Positions 32,601-42,228 of a stretch of 64,000 nucleotides of DNA are shown here, in pieces. How positions within the stretch are numbered: position 1 is the stretch's first letter; every line of letters starts with the position of its first letter. Made by a program: the position numbers and the translations under genes. The DNA comes from Bacteroidota bacterium (lineage in GTDB: Bacteria; Bacteroidota; Bacteroidia; AKYH767-A; 2013-40CM-41-45). The stretch is from the NCBI GenBank assembly GCA_016720655.1, contig JADKKE010000032.1, forward strand, positions 182,383-246,382, given 5' to 3'. The notes under the pieces were generated by a model that worked only from the letters and a program-made list of their open reading frames with translations, was not told the DNA's origin and searched no databases.

Positions 32601-34516
32601 CCCAGATAGGTAGAAGAAACAAAGTTTTGATTGGTATCCATGCGACATACAAAAAAGTCATTTGTTCCGGTATTGTAACCGTTGTCATATGTACCGGAAG
32701 CTGAAATATTCGATGCTGCCAGTCCGCCTGTGATTCCACCAAAATACAATTGAGTTTTTAGTGTATTGAATTCCATGCATAGAATAGAAGTTGACTTACC
32801 ATTCGCTGATTGAAAGTAAGAAGACCACACAGTGGAACCTAAAGAATTCAATTTTTGAATAAAACCACTTTGCGTTCCGCCCAGTGTTGCTTGTCTTGGG
32901 GATGTGGTAGGGAAATTTGGTGAATCAGTGTAACCGGCCACGAAAATATCCTGGTTTGAAATATTTTGTAGCATGATTGTCGCCTGATCGGTACCGCTTC
33001 CGCCATAATTTTTCATCCATGAAATAGCGCTGAGATCCTGATTGATTTTGAACACAATCACATCAATTCCTGAATGACCATTACTTGCACCGGTAGATGG
33101 ATAGAGAGTAGAAAGATTTCCACTAGCAGTATTTCCACAAATTACTACATCTCCAGCTTCGTTGATACGTAAATCGAAGGAACCATCATCACCATCGCCA
33201 CCAATAATCGAACTCTTGATGGATTGACCATCCTGAGTGATTTTCATGATAAAAATGTTATCCGTGGCCTGATTGCTTTGATTAATGCTTGATCCGCTGA
33301 ATGCTGATCCGCCGATCAATGGAAAATTGGTGCTTGATGTGTATCCCGTGATGTAAAGATTTCCATCCGGTCCTTGTTCCATTGCATATGGGTTGTCATC
33401 CTGGTTTCCTCCAATATAAGTTTGCCATACGCGAACACCCGGATCACCAATAGTTCCCGGTTCTGTGTATTTCCCAACAATCATTTCAAGATTTCCGTTA
33501 GCGGATACATCAAATGCGCCTACGGTAATCTGATCTGTAGTACCTACAACACGAGCAACCATGTAGATTGCACCGTCATTTGGATCAACCCAGATACAGT
33601 GACCATGGTTGTCTCCACTTGAATTTGTGTTCACCCAGGTAGCCCAACGCAAGGCAATCGGATCGATGATCAGAGGTTGATTTTCATCGTATTCACCCAA
33701 TTGAAATTTTAGTGTATTGTGATTGGATACAACATATTTAGCTACAACTTCTTTTTGAGTTCCATTTATCTTTTGATAGACAACGGGTGAAGGGAAGTCC
33801 ACATCACCAACACTGGTATGCATAATCAAGTGTCCATTTTCCTGAACATCCATCTGTTCAATACCATCAAAACGAATTGCGATTTGTGAATTATCAAATC
33901 CTGGTTTACAAACAATGTCATACTCAAGAGTTCCTTCTGCAGAGGGATAATATCTGACATCTACATTCGGATAAACATTATTGTACCAGATTTCTCCGTA
34001 ACTGTTCACATGTGTGATCGACTGATTTCCTGAAAAGAAATTTGCAGGATCGGAGTGAACATCTTTACTGGTGATTGTCATTGATGTAGAATGATTCAAA
34101 AAATTCATCATCCAGCCATGCCCCTTCAACCCGGTTGTAAGTCTGCGATGAATGCCTGTTTCCTGCATTATTTTTTCGATCTCTATACCTTCAGCTTCCC
34201 GTGCAGCGATCGAAGCAGGATCGTATGTTGCGATCATCATTCCATCCTTTGTTGCCACTGCTTTACCGAGAGGAAAGTCTGCCTTATACAAAGTTGGCTC
34301 AGAAAATTGTCCTTTGTTCTCTGTAAAATAGATTTGCTTTCCATAGTATTTAAGCATGTCCTCGATGGCTTCGCTATGGCCATTTTGTTCCTGACTTCCG
34401 CTTTGTGCAGAAAGCTGGAGGCACTGGAGGACAAGTAAAGTGAATGATGCAAAAAATAGTTTGCAATGCATCTTTACATTCACAACTTTTTGATGAAATG
34501 TAGTTTGTGTTTTCAT
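26628..34516 (-). pseudogene. Giant (about 2600 aa if contiguous) T9SS-secreted cell-surface adhesin-like protein. Domains are signal peptide, SBBP beta-propeller repeats, SprB repeats, 18 copies of a 52-aa tandem repeat, 6 copies of a 75-aa Cys-bracketed Ig-like repeat, and a T9SS C-terminal sorting domain. The reading frame is broken in the repeat array
   Basis: N-terminus at 34516 (MKTQTTF...SFTLLVLQCLQLSAQ). C-terminus ...YPNPLSSTTTIEFRN...DGVYLFKIICGDAIETGRLTLIRE is a Por_Secre_tail. SprB repeat: VTCNGAHDGSITAHSDGVAPFTYDWNTGD...TVTVTDNGNC. The ORF fragments 31043-34516, 30682-30897, 30052-30648, 29897-30127, 29235-29972 and 26628-29165 all encode the same repeat. Confidence 0.7.
28440..31270 (-). 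repeat. Intragenic tandem array of about 18 copies of a 156-bp (52-aa) unit with near-identical DNA. The unit is PWGGTATSAGPYPHTYSSQAGCDSLVTINI(T/D)VNQTYSTSE(T/S)HAIC(D/Q)GGSY(P/S)L
   Basis: Period read directly from the sequence: gatattaatcgttaccaaactatcacatcctgcctgcgaagaata... recurs every 156 bp. The copies at 30600-31040 carry many small indels and substitutions. Confidence 0.85.
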
Positions 34517-35245
34517 GTTAAATTGAATTTACAGATTTGGGGAGTTTACACTATATATTATTGCAAAGCTTGTTCAAGCCACGCATGGGTTTCAAACAGT
34601 TCAGAATTAGTACTTAAAAATGATTATCGTTTTTTCCGGAAAAGATATAAGTGTCAGGCGTCTTTCAAACATATAGTATATATGAATTCCGGCCATTATA
34701 TCCATGTTAATCTTTCTGGAATTTTGACGAATGCATAGTTTTGCTTGGTGAATGAGGCTCTGAAGCCCTGAATTGGCGCGACTTTACAGAATTTCTACAG
34801 AATTATTGATATTTGACGAAGTGTGTAAAAATACCTTTTGGATAAAAAAAATTGCATAATAAAACGTGGTTCTCAAAACTGTAAAGCAGAAAAAACGTAG
34901 AGCTAATTATTTCTGAAATAGGTTTTCGAATTCGGGATCTGAAAATAAAAACCCTGAATCGCTTGATTGGTCGGAGTTTGAGAGAAATAGTTCATTTCAA
35001 CCTATTAATGTTGTGTTCACATTTGAGAAAATGTAATAATGCATTTGTAATACAGGATTTGAGGTTTTTGTGATGTGTAATACTCTGTTTAAATTAATTT
35101 CCTCCAATTAAATCCTTTTGTTGAACTATTCTTGAGTGTCGGAATGGTTTGGTGTGCTTCTTATACGGGACCCTGATTTTTAGGATTTCAATCAAAGGAT
35201 TTAAAGATTTTTGTCATGTCGCAAAGTCTGAAAGCTTACTAATTT

Positions 35246-36796
35246 GTGATCGTTCTAAAACCAGCATTGTTTCCCGCCACCAAAATTCTCTTTTTTACTA
35301 AATTATCGTCTATGCATACGAATGATTTATTACGTTCAAATCTTGACAAACTGAATAACAGAATGCAGGATGTAAGCAACAGCCTTAGTAATGTTTTTGC
35401 TTCAGTTCATCCAGACCAAAGCCTAAGTTGTGAAAACCTGTTGCATTATCTCACGCTCAGAAGTGAAGACATTCGATCCATGCAGGATGAATTACATATT
35501 TTAGGATTATCTTCTCTGACCAGTAGTGAAAGTCATATCAAAAGCCAGGTACAAGCTATTCTGAGACTCCTCGGGAAGGAAATTGATCCTGAACAAATTT
35601 CGAAGTGTGATTATGGTACAGGAAGAAATCTGATTGCCAGCAAATCTGCAAGATTATTTGGTGTAAAGAATGATGCATCAATTCCATTCATTATGGTAAC
35701 GTTCGATACAGATTTTGCAGATAACCATCATCTCATTCGGAAATTACTAAAAAGCGGAATGAATATCGCACGTATCAATTGTGCGCATGATGATCTTGAA
35801 ACGTGGGAGAAAATGATTGGCTTACTAAAAGCATCATCTGATGAGCTTGGCATTCCGTGCAGGATATATATGGATCTGGCCGGGCCAAAACTTCGAACCA
35901 TTATTCGAGGTCGTGGAAAAAAAGAGAATAAGATTATGATTCATGAAGGTGAAATTATCTCCTTTGCTGAAAAGGATGCTGATTTTGACCCGCTTACAAG
36001 TGTGATTGGTTGTTCTGAAATTGGAATACTCCCCCAATTGAAATCAGGCCAAAGAGTGATGTTTGATGATGGATTGATAGCAACGGAAGTATTGTCAGTT
36101 GAAGATGGTATCGCAAGTTTATTGGTTCAGCGCGTTTCAACAAAAAAGTCCACACTGAAGGCAGAAAAGGGAATTAACTTTCCGGATTCTCATCTTCTGC
36201 TTCCTTCTCTAACAAAAAAAGATATTGAAATATTACCTTTTGTTTGTGAACATGCCGACTTGATTGGCTATTCATTCGTCCGGCGAGCTGCTGATATCAA
36301 GCAACTTCAGGATGAAATTGATTTTAATAATGGAAAAGGATCAATTATATTGAAAATCGAAACTCCGGAAGCAGTGGAGAATCTTCCTTCATTATTATTG
36401 CAGGGAATGCAGCGTCCGGCATTTGGTGTAATGATTGCCCGAGGTGATCTTGCTGTTGAAATAGGATTCGAACGCATGAGTGAAATTCAGGAAGAGATTC
36501 TTTGGATCTGTGAATCTGCCCATGTTCCGGTGATATGGGCAACTCAGGTTTTGGATACACTGAATAAATCAGGAATAGCAACCCGTTCAGAAGTAACTGA
36601 TGCTGCTCATGCTGCAATGGCAGAATGTGTAATGGTGAACAAGGGGGAGCATATTATTCAGGTGATAGAAACCTTACGTGATATTTTGCACCGGAGTGGA
36701 GGCCATCATGTAAAAAAGAGATATACTTTTCGTCCCATGCGAATTGCTACACGATTTTTTGACGCAATTCAATTGCCAGAACAATCGGAGGTGTAA
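35246..36796 (+). CDS. Pyruvate-kinase-like protein: A/B barrel domains only, no C-terminal regulatory domain, and an N-terminal extension of roughly 100 aa
   Basis: GMNIARINCAHDD...MDLAGPKLRT, MIARGDLAVEIGFERM, VIWATQVLDTL...ATRSEVTDAAHA. These match PK active-site blocks. The protein ends about 60 aa after the A domain. The start may be the Met at 35312. Confidence 0.5.
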   Translation: MIVLKPALFPATKILFFTKLSSMHTNDLLRSNLDKLNNRMQDVSNSLSNVFASVHPDQSLSCENLLHYLTLRSEDIRSMQDELHILGLSSLTSSESHIKSQVQAILRLLGKEIDPEQISKCDYGTGRNLIASKSARLFGVKNDASIPFIMVTFDTDFADNHHLIRKLLKSGMNIARINCAHDDLETWEKMIGLLKASSDELGIPCRIYMDLAGPKLRTIIRGRGKKENKIMIHEGEIISFAEKDADFDPLTSVIGCSEIGILPQLKSGQRVMFDDGLIATEVLSVEDGIASLLVQRVSTKKSTLKAEKGINFPDSHLLLPSLTKKDIEILPFVCEHADLIGYSFVRRAADIKQLQDEIDFNNGKGSIILKIETPEAVENLPSLLLQGMQRPAFGVMIARGDLAVEIGFERMSEIQEEILWICESAHVPVIWATQVLDTLNKSGIATRSEVTDAAHAAMAECVMVNKGEHIIQVIETLRDILHRSGGHHVKKRYTFRPMRIATRFFDAIQLPEQSEV

Positions 36797-36809
36797 TTTC
36801 TTGCCTTCC

Positions 36810-38813
36810 TTAATTCCTGCTTAATTTCTTAAATGGATTACTAAAGTTTTTGTCAGAAATAAAAACCGAATCACTAAGTGTTTTCAAAAAAGCTATAATA
36901 CTTTGCTGTTCTTCTTTGGAAAGATTTGCTCCATGTTTATTTGCAAATTGCATCTTTGAATCCAAATTCACACAGTTCTTTACACCGGAACTATAGAACT
37001 CAAGAACTTCTTCGAGGGTCTTGAATCGACCATCATGCATGTAGGGTGCTGTGAACAATAGATTGCGTAGAGATGGAATTTTGAATTTTCCGATGTCTTC
37101 TTTTTTTTCTGAAATTCCTCCTCTTCCTTTGTCAGGATAAAACTGAACATCGACAACTGAGTCAAGTCCATTGTTGCTAAAAGTTAATGTTGTTCCTAAA
37201 GCATCTCCGTCAGTGGGATGACAATGCAGACAATCGCCTTTTGTTTGATCGTTCACCAAAACAAAACCTTTGATCTCATTTTCAGTAAAATGATCTTTCC
37301 CTGCAATGACCCTGTCATATTTAGATTGATTGGATAAAAGACTTCGTAGAAATTGTGAAAGAACATTTGAAACTTTTTCGCTGTCAATTTCTCCGGCACC
37401 AAAAATTTCCTGGAACAAAGATTTGTAATAGTTGTTTTCATTAAGTCGATTGCAAAGATCTTCGGGGTGCATATTCATCTCATCCGATGCTGTGATAGGG
37501 TGAAAGACCTGATTTTCGATTCCTGTAGCTTTTCCATCCCAGAAGAATGAAGGATACCAGGCAAGATTGAACAAGGGCAATGTATTTCGCGTCATGAATA
37601 CACTGTTTTTTCCTTTACTGAATTTATTCGGTGCATCACTGAAAGCATACTTCTGCTGATGACAAGATGAACAGGATAGGGTGCTGTCTGAGCTCAGGAT
37701 GGGATCATAAAAAAGTTGTCTGCCCAAATTAATTCCCTCATCCGTGATTGTGTAATGAATTGGCAAAGGCATTTCCGGAAAGAATTTCATTTCCGGAAAT
37801 GCATGCGGACTGAGACCGGATTTAGCTCCAAGGAAAAGGAGTGAAAGTACGATCAATTTCAACCCTGGTTTCGAGAGTTGTTTGATCCTTGTAGAATTCA
37901 TCGTTGAATCAGCAAAGGGAATAGTTTCAGACTGAATATTGGTCTTGACTTTCAGGTAGTACATTCCGTTGGCGAATTTGCCGGTGTCGAACCAGAATTT
38001 AGTAGGAACATTCGTCCATTTTTTTACCAACTCTCCGGTTGAATTGATAAGTTCCATGTCTTCAATGATGTGATAGGCAAGTACTTTTCTTGCTTCAACG
38101 TGCACAATCTCTCTTGCCGGATTCGGATATACGTTTAGATAATTTGCCTGGTCCTTTTCCTTGATCGTGTGAATTAAAGTAATACTCGACCACATGTTGT
38201 CAATGAGCCATCCTTCCTTTTCACTATTGACAGAATCGCTTAATAAACTGAACCGTGCCAGGACGGTGTCAGGAAAAGTACTCATCCACGACAAATCAAA
38301 ACACAGCCAGATGTTTTTCCAACTTGAATCCGTACCACTGAATCCGATTTCTCCGGAAGGAAGTGTGTCAACATTTGCGGTATCAAAACCATAGAAATTG
38401 TAAACGTAAGCATTGTTGAATGCATTCTGCCAACTTAGGCCGTGGTCAATAGAAAATTCAATTGTTCCAAGATCACCACTAGAATCAATATCCAGTTTTT
38501 GTAACCATTGAATCGCCAATATTCCCCACCAGAACTGATTTAAAACATTGAAAGTAAACCTGCTCGTATCATTCACAGGATAATAATTCAAAGTATCTGT
38601 TACAATAGCATTTGGTGCAGTCGCTGCACTGTCAAAGATTATTTTCTGTGGATGTCCGATTTGCCAAACATTTGATACGCTTGTATCGGTTTCGATGAGT
38701 ATTGAGTTCTGTATAGAAGTATCAGCTCCATCAAAATATTGTGTAAAAAATTGAGCAGTTGAAATTTGACACGAGAAAATAAACAAGATGATAAATGTGT
38801 ATAATTTAGCCAT
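36810..38813 (-). CDS. In-frame fusion or read-through. A roughly 300-aa N-terminal module with signal peptide and T9SS C-terminal sorting domain is joined to a di-heme cytochrome c peroxidase (CCP/MauG family) that has its own signal peptide and could start at 37901
   Basis: T9SS tail NYLNVYPNPAREIVHVE...ANGMYYLKVKTNIQSETIPF at aa 225-300. After 4 residues follows MNSTRIKQLSKPGLKLIVLSLLFLGAK (signal peptide), then CSSCH, CLHCH and PSLRNLLFTAPYMHDGRFKTLEEVLEFY. There is no stop codon between the modules. Confidence 0.65.
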   Translation of the reverse strand: MAKLYTFIILFIFSCQISTAQFFTQYFDGADTSIQNSILIETDTSVSNVWQIGHPQKIIFDSAATAPNAIVTDTLNYYPVNDTSRFTFNVLNQFWWGILAIQWLQKLDIDSSGDLGTIEFSIDHGLSWQNAFNNAYVYNFYGFDTANVDTLPSGEIGFSGTDSSWKNIWLCFDLSWMSTFPDTVLARFSLLSDSVNSEKEGWLIDNMWSSITLIHTIKEKDQANYLNVYPNPAREIVHVEARKVLAYHIIEDMELINSTGELVKKWTNVPTKFWFDTGKFANGMYYLKVKTNIQSETIPFADSTMNSTRIKQLSKPGLKLIVLSLLFLGAKSGLSPHAFPEMKFFPEMPLPIHYTITDEGINLGRQLFYDPILSSDSTLSCSSCHQQKYAFSDAPNKFSKGKNSVFMTRNTLPLFNLAWYPSFFWDGKATGIENQVFHPITASDEMNMHPEDLCNRLNENNYYKSLFQEIFGAGEIDSEKVSNVLSQFLRSLLSNQSKYDRVIAGKDHFTENEIKGFVLVNDQTKGDCLHCHPTDGDALGTTLTFSNNGLDSVVDVQFYPDKGRGGISEKKEDIGKFKIPSLRNLLFTAPYMHDGRFKTLEEVLEFYSSGVKNCVNLDSKMQFANKHGANLSKEEQQSIIAFLKTLSDSVFISDKNFSNPFKKLSRN

Positions 38814-39042
38814 AAGCGTTAGTTTGATTATAAAATTATAATAAATATTAAGGCAAGAGCATTTTCCATGATATAAATTGTGAAGTATCGCTTTTTGTTG
38901 GCGAATTATACATTCATGCCATGGTTTGATTTTGTGCCTTAAACCAGGAATTCATCTTTGGCAGAATGAATAAAAATCTATTATCTTACGCTACCGGATG
39001 GATGATTTATTGTAAACTATTGTCCAATCAATAGATATTTTT

Positions 39043-40233
39043 ATGCGCAAAGTGAACCTTTTTATTTTCATTGCATTTTGCCTGACTTCTTGTCTTCAGA
39101 ACACATCGGAAAAAGTAAATACCAAAGCAAGCGCAGTAGAATCAGATGAAATGGTTCTAGCGCCGGGCAAATCCGCTATGCGTTTGCTGACAGATCGTCC
39201 TCCAAATCTGGAAACTCCTTTGCATTACTTTTTAATGGACTATACTCCCAATGATGTTTTCTTCGTGCGCTGGCACATGTCAAATCTTCCTCCTGAAATT
39301 GGAACAGATACATTTCGATTACGGGTCGGAGGACATGTAAAAAATAATGTGGAACTATCGTTAAATGATTTGAAAACGAAATTTACGCCGATCTCAATAA
39401 CTGCTCTTGCGCAATGTGCCGGCAATTCAAGGAGTTTTAATGACCCCCATGTACCGGGTGGACAATGGAAAAACGGTGCGATGGGGAATGCGAAGTGGAC
39501 AGGAGTAAGATTGTCGGACGTACTGAAAATGGCCGGAATTAAAAATGGTGCTGTTGACGTTTCGTTCAATGGCATTGATGATCCGCCATTACCCGGAACT
39601 CCTGATTTTGTAAAATCACTTCGTCTCGAAAAAGCAATGGACGGAGAAACCATGATTGCATATGAAATGAATGGCGAGCCATTGCCATTGCTCAATGGTT
39701 TTCCGTTGAAACTTGTAGTACCGGGTTGGTATGCGACTTACTGGATTGGAATGTTAAATGATATTACTGTCCATGCGGATACATTTGCCGGCTTTTGGAT
39801 GAAAAAGGCATACCTCGTTCCCCAAAATAACCGTGACGGAAATGAAAATCCGGATAGCCTTTCACAGAGCATGGAGCCGATAAACAAAATGAACGTTCGG
39901 AGTATTTTCGTCACTCCTGAGCCGGATAGTTTGATTCAGACCGGAAGTATTTGTGAAATACAAGGACTTGCTTTTGATGGTGGTGATGGGATTCAAAAAG
40001 TTGAATTGTCTGAAGATAATGGGAAGACATGGAAAGAAGTTAATCTTGATGCTGTGCTTGGAAAATATTCCTGGAGAAGATGGCGCTATTCCTGGAAAGC
40101 CAATACGGCAGGAACATATATTTTCAAAATAAAAGCAACAAACACTCTTGGAGAAACACAACCCGAGCATCATTGGAACAGAAGTGGATACATGCGAAAT
40201 GAGATTGAAGTATTAAAGCTGGAGGTAAAGTAA
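39043..40233 (+). CDS. Sulfite-oxidase-family molybdopterin oxidoreductase (SorA-like sulfite dehydrogenase catalytic subunit) with lipoprotein-type signal
   Basis: ALAQCAGNSRSFNDPHVPGGQWKNGAMGNAKWTGVRLSDVL contains the Mo-ligand Cys motif of the SO family. There is a C-terminal Ig-like dimerisation domain. Confidence 0.65.
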   Translation: MRKVNLFIFIAFCLTSCLQNTSEKVNTKASAVESDEMVLAPGKSAMRLLTDRPPNLETPLHYFLMDYTPNDVFFVRWHMSNLPPEIGTDTFRLRVGGHVKNNVELSLNDLKTKFTPISITALAQCAGNSRSFNDPHVPGGQWKNGAMGNAKWTGVRLSDVLKMAGIKNGAVDVSFNGIDDPPLPGTPDFVKSLRLEKAMDGETMIAYEMNGEPLPLLNGFPLKLVVPGWYATYWIGMLNDITVHADTFAGFWMKKAYLVPQNNRDGNENPDSLSQSMEPINKMNVRSIFVTPEPDSLIQTGSICEIQGLAFDGGDGIQKVELSEDNGKTWKEVNLDAVLGKYSWRRWRYSWKANTAGTYIFKIKATNTLGETQPEHHWNRSGYMRNEIEVLKLEVK

Positions 40234-40581
40234 ATGAGTATGAAATATGTCTTATTTATTTTTATTTTCTGGATGATGCAATCGATCTTTTGTTCTTGTT
40301 CAGAACCAACAACAAAAGTTGAGACTACTGACGGACATGATGCTGTGCTTTCTTTGAGTGATGCCGGTTATCATTTGCCCGATCGTCCGGGTTATGATTT
40401 GTTTTTATCCAATTGCGGTGTTTGTCATTCCTACAGATATATCCAGATGCAACCCAATTTCTCACGTAAGACATGGGAGAAAACCGTGGATAAGATGATT
40501 CATACTTTCGCTGCCCCAATACCGGATTCTTCCGTAATTCCTATTGTAGATTACCTCATGGCAGTTCGCGGAAAGAAATAA
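40234..40581 (+). CDS. Monoheme cytochrome c (SorB-like electron-acceptor subunit)
   Basis: Signal peptide and a single CGVCH motif in 115 aa. The start codon abuts the sorA-like stop. Confidence 0.55.
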   Translation: MSMKYVLFIFIFWMMQSIFCSCSEPTTKVETTDGHDAVLSLSDAGYHLPDRPGYDLFLSNCGVCHSYRYIQMQPNFSRKTWEKTVDKMIHTFAAPIPDSSVIPIVDYLMAVRGKK

Positions 40582-40728
40582 ACCAAAGAAAATCATTTCA
40601 CAACACAACCACTGCGATTCCGTTTTATTGAATAAAATGAGTAAAAGTTGTTTTGAAGAGAATACAAAGCATTAAAACTCTCCTATCTACACTCAGCAAA
40701 TATTAAATTCGGATCCATTTGTCTACCC

Positions 40729-40808
40729 CAACTCATAATTCTTAACTCATAATTCTCAACTCATAACTCATAACTCTCAACTCATAATTCTAAATTCATA
40801 ATTTATTT
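40729..40808. repeat. ACTCATAA(T/C)TC heptamer-based tandem repeat in an intergenic spacer
   Basis: aactcataattcttaactcataattctcaactcataactcataactctcaactcataattctaaattcataattt. Confidence 0.8.
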
Positions 40809-40827
40809 CTGCCAAGCAGAACATTGA

Positions 40828-42182
40828 ATGTCTAAAAATACCACTCCTTCCGGACTGAAACGTGAACTATCCCTTGTCCAGGCAACGGCGATTAACATGA
40901 TTGATATGGTTGGAATTGGTCCCTTCATCGTATTGCCCTTGGTGATAAAAATGATAGGAGGGCCTCATTTTATTTTTGCCTGGATTGTTGGTGCAGTGAT
41001 TTCCCTGGTGGATGGAATGGTTTGGGCAGAACTTGGGAGCAGCTTATCCGAAAGCCGGAGGGAGTTATAATTTTTTGAAGGAAGCGTATGGGAGAAAAGG
41101 AGGGAAGGTGCTTTCGTTTTTTATACGTGTGGCAGACACTAATCCAGGCTCCATTAGTTGCAGCAAGCGGAGCGATTGGTTTCGCACAGTACTGCACCTA
41201 TTTGTACCCCTTCACACCTGTTCAGCAAAAAATGGTTTCAGGGAGTATCATCATTTTATTGGTGTTCTTTCTTTACAGGAAAATTGAAACCATTGGAAAA
41301 ATCAGTGTAATGTTATGGGTTGCAGTTCTTGTGACCATTAGTTGGATGATCTTCGGAGGAATCACCTCTCATACGATTTCGAACAATTGGATTCCGGATA
41401 ATCATTCTGATTTGTTCGGCAGTTTGTTTTTCTTTGCGCTCGGACAAGCATCTGTAAAAACTATTTACAGTTATCTTGGGTATTATAATGTTTGCCATCT
41501 TGGCGGAGAGATCCGCAATCCAGGAAAAAATATTCCACGAAGTATTTTCATTTCTGTTTTCGGTATCGCTTTCCTTTATCTCGCCATGAATATCAGTGTT
41601 GTGAGCGTGATTCCATGGCAGGAAGCACAGAATTCTACTTTTATCGTGAGCACCTTCATTGAACGAATTTATGGCCATCAAGCTGCAGTAATAGCTACCG
41701 GTTTGGTACTTATTGTTGCGTTTTCCTCCTTGTTTGCTGTGTTGCTCGGTTATTCCCGCATTCCGTATGCAGCAGCAGTGGATGGACAATTTTTTCCTGC
41801 ATTTGCGAAACTTCACCCAACAAAGAATTTCCCTCATATTTCATTGCTCTTCCTCGGAGGTGCCGCATTTATCTTCAGTCTGCTTTTTAAGTTAAGCGAT
41901 GTAATTAGTGCGATATTGGCCATGAGAATTCTTGTTCAATTTATCGGACAAGCAATTGGTGTTATATTACTGCGAAAGAGAAACGGAACGGCACATCTTC
42001 CGTATAAGATGTTCTTATATCCACTCCCTGTTATCCTTGCGATTTTAATCTGGATTTTTATTTTCGTCTCAACTGGGTGGAAATTCGTACTTTCAGGGCT
42101 TACTGTGATGTCAATAGGGGTAATCGTTTACTTGCTAATGCCTCCTTTTAAGCCGGAAAGCCGGGCTGGTGAGGTAAGATAG
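40828..42182 (+). pseudogene. APC-family amino-acid permease disrupted by two frameshifts
   Basis: Three consecutive ORFs encode one permease: ...MVWAELG / AAYPKAGGSYNFLKEAYGRKGGKVLSF / LYVWQTLIQAPLVAASG.... The first shift is near 41035-41038 (an extra a in ggga). The second is an extra T in the T6 run at 41117-41122. Confidence 0.7.
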
Positions 42183-42228
42183 ATGTATTTGAACGAAGTA
42201 TTATTAGTGATTAAATTAATTTGAAACG

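Noticed and set aside
41313-41837. 174-aa minus-strand ORF overlapping the permease gene
   Set aside because: It is antisense to a well-conserved APC-permease reading frame and its product is Cys/Arg/Asn-rich with no motifs. It is a shadow ORF.
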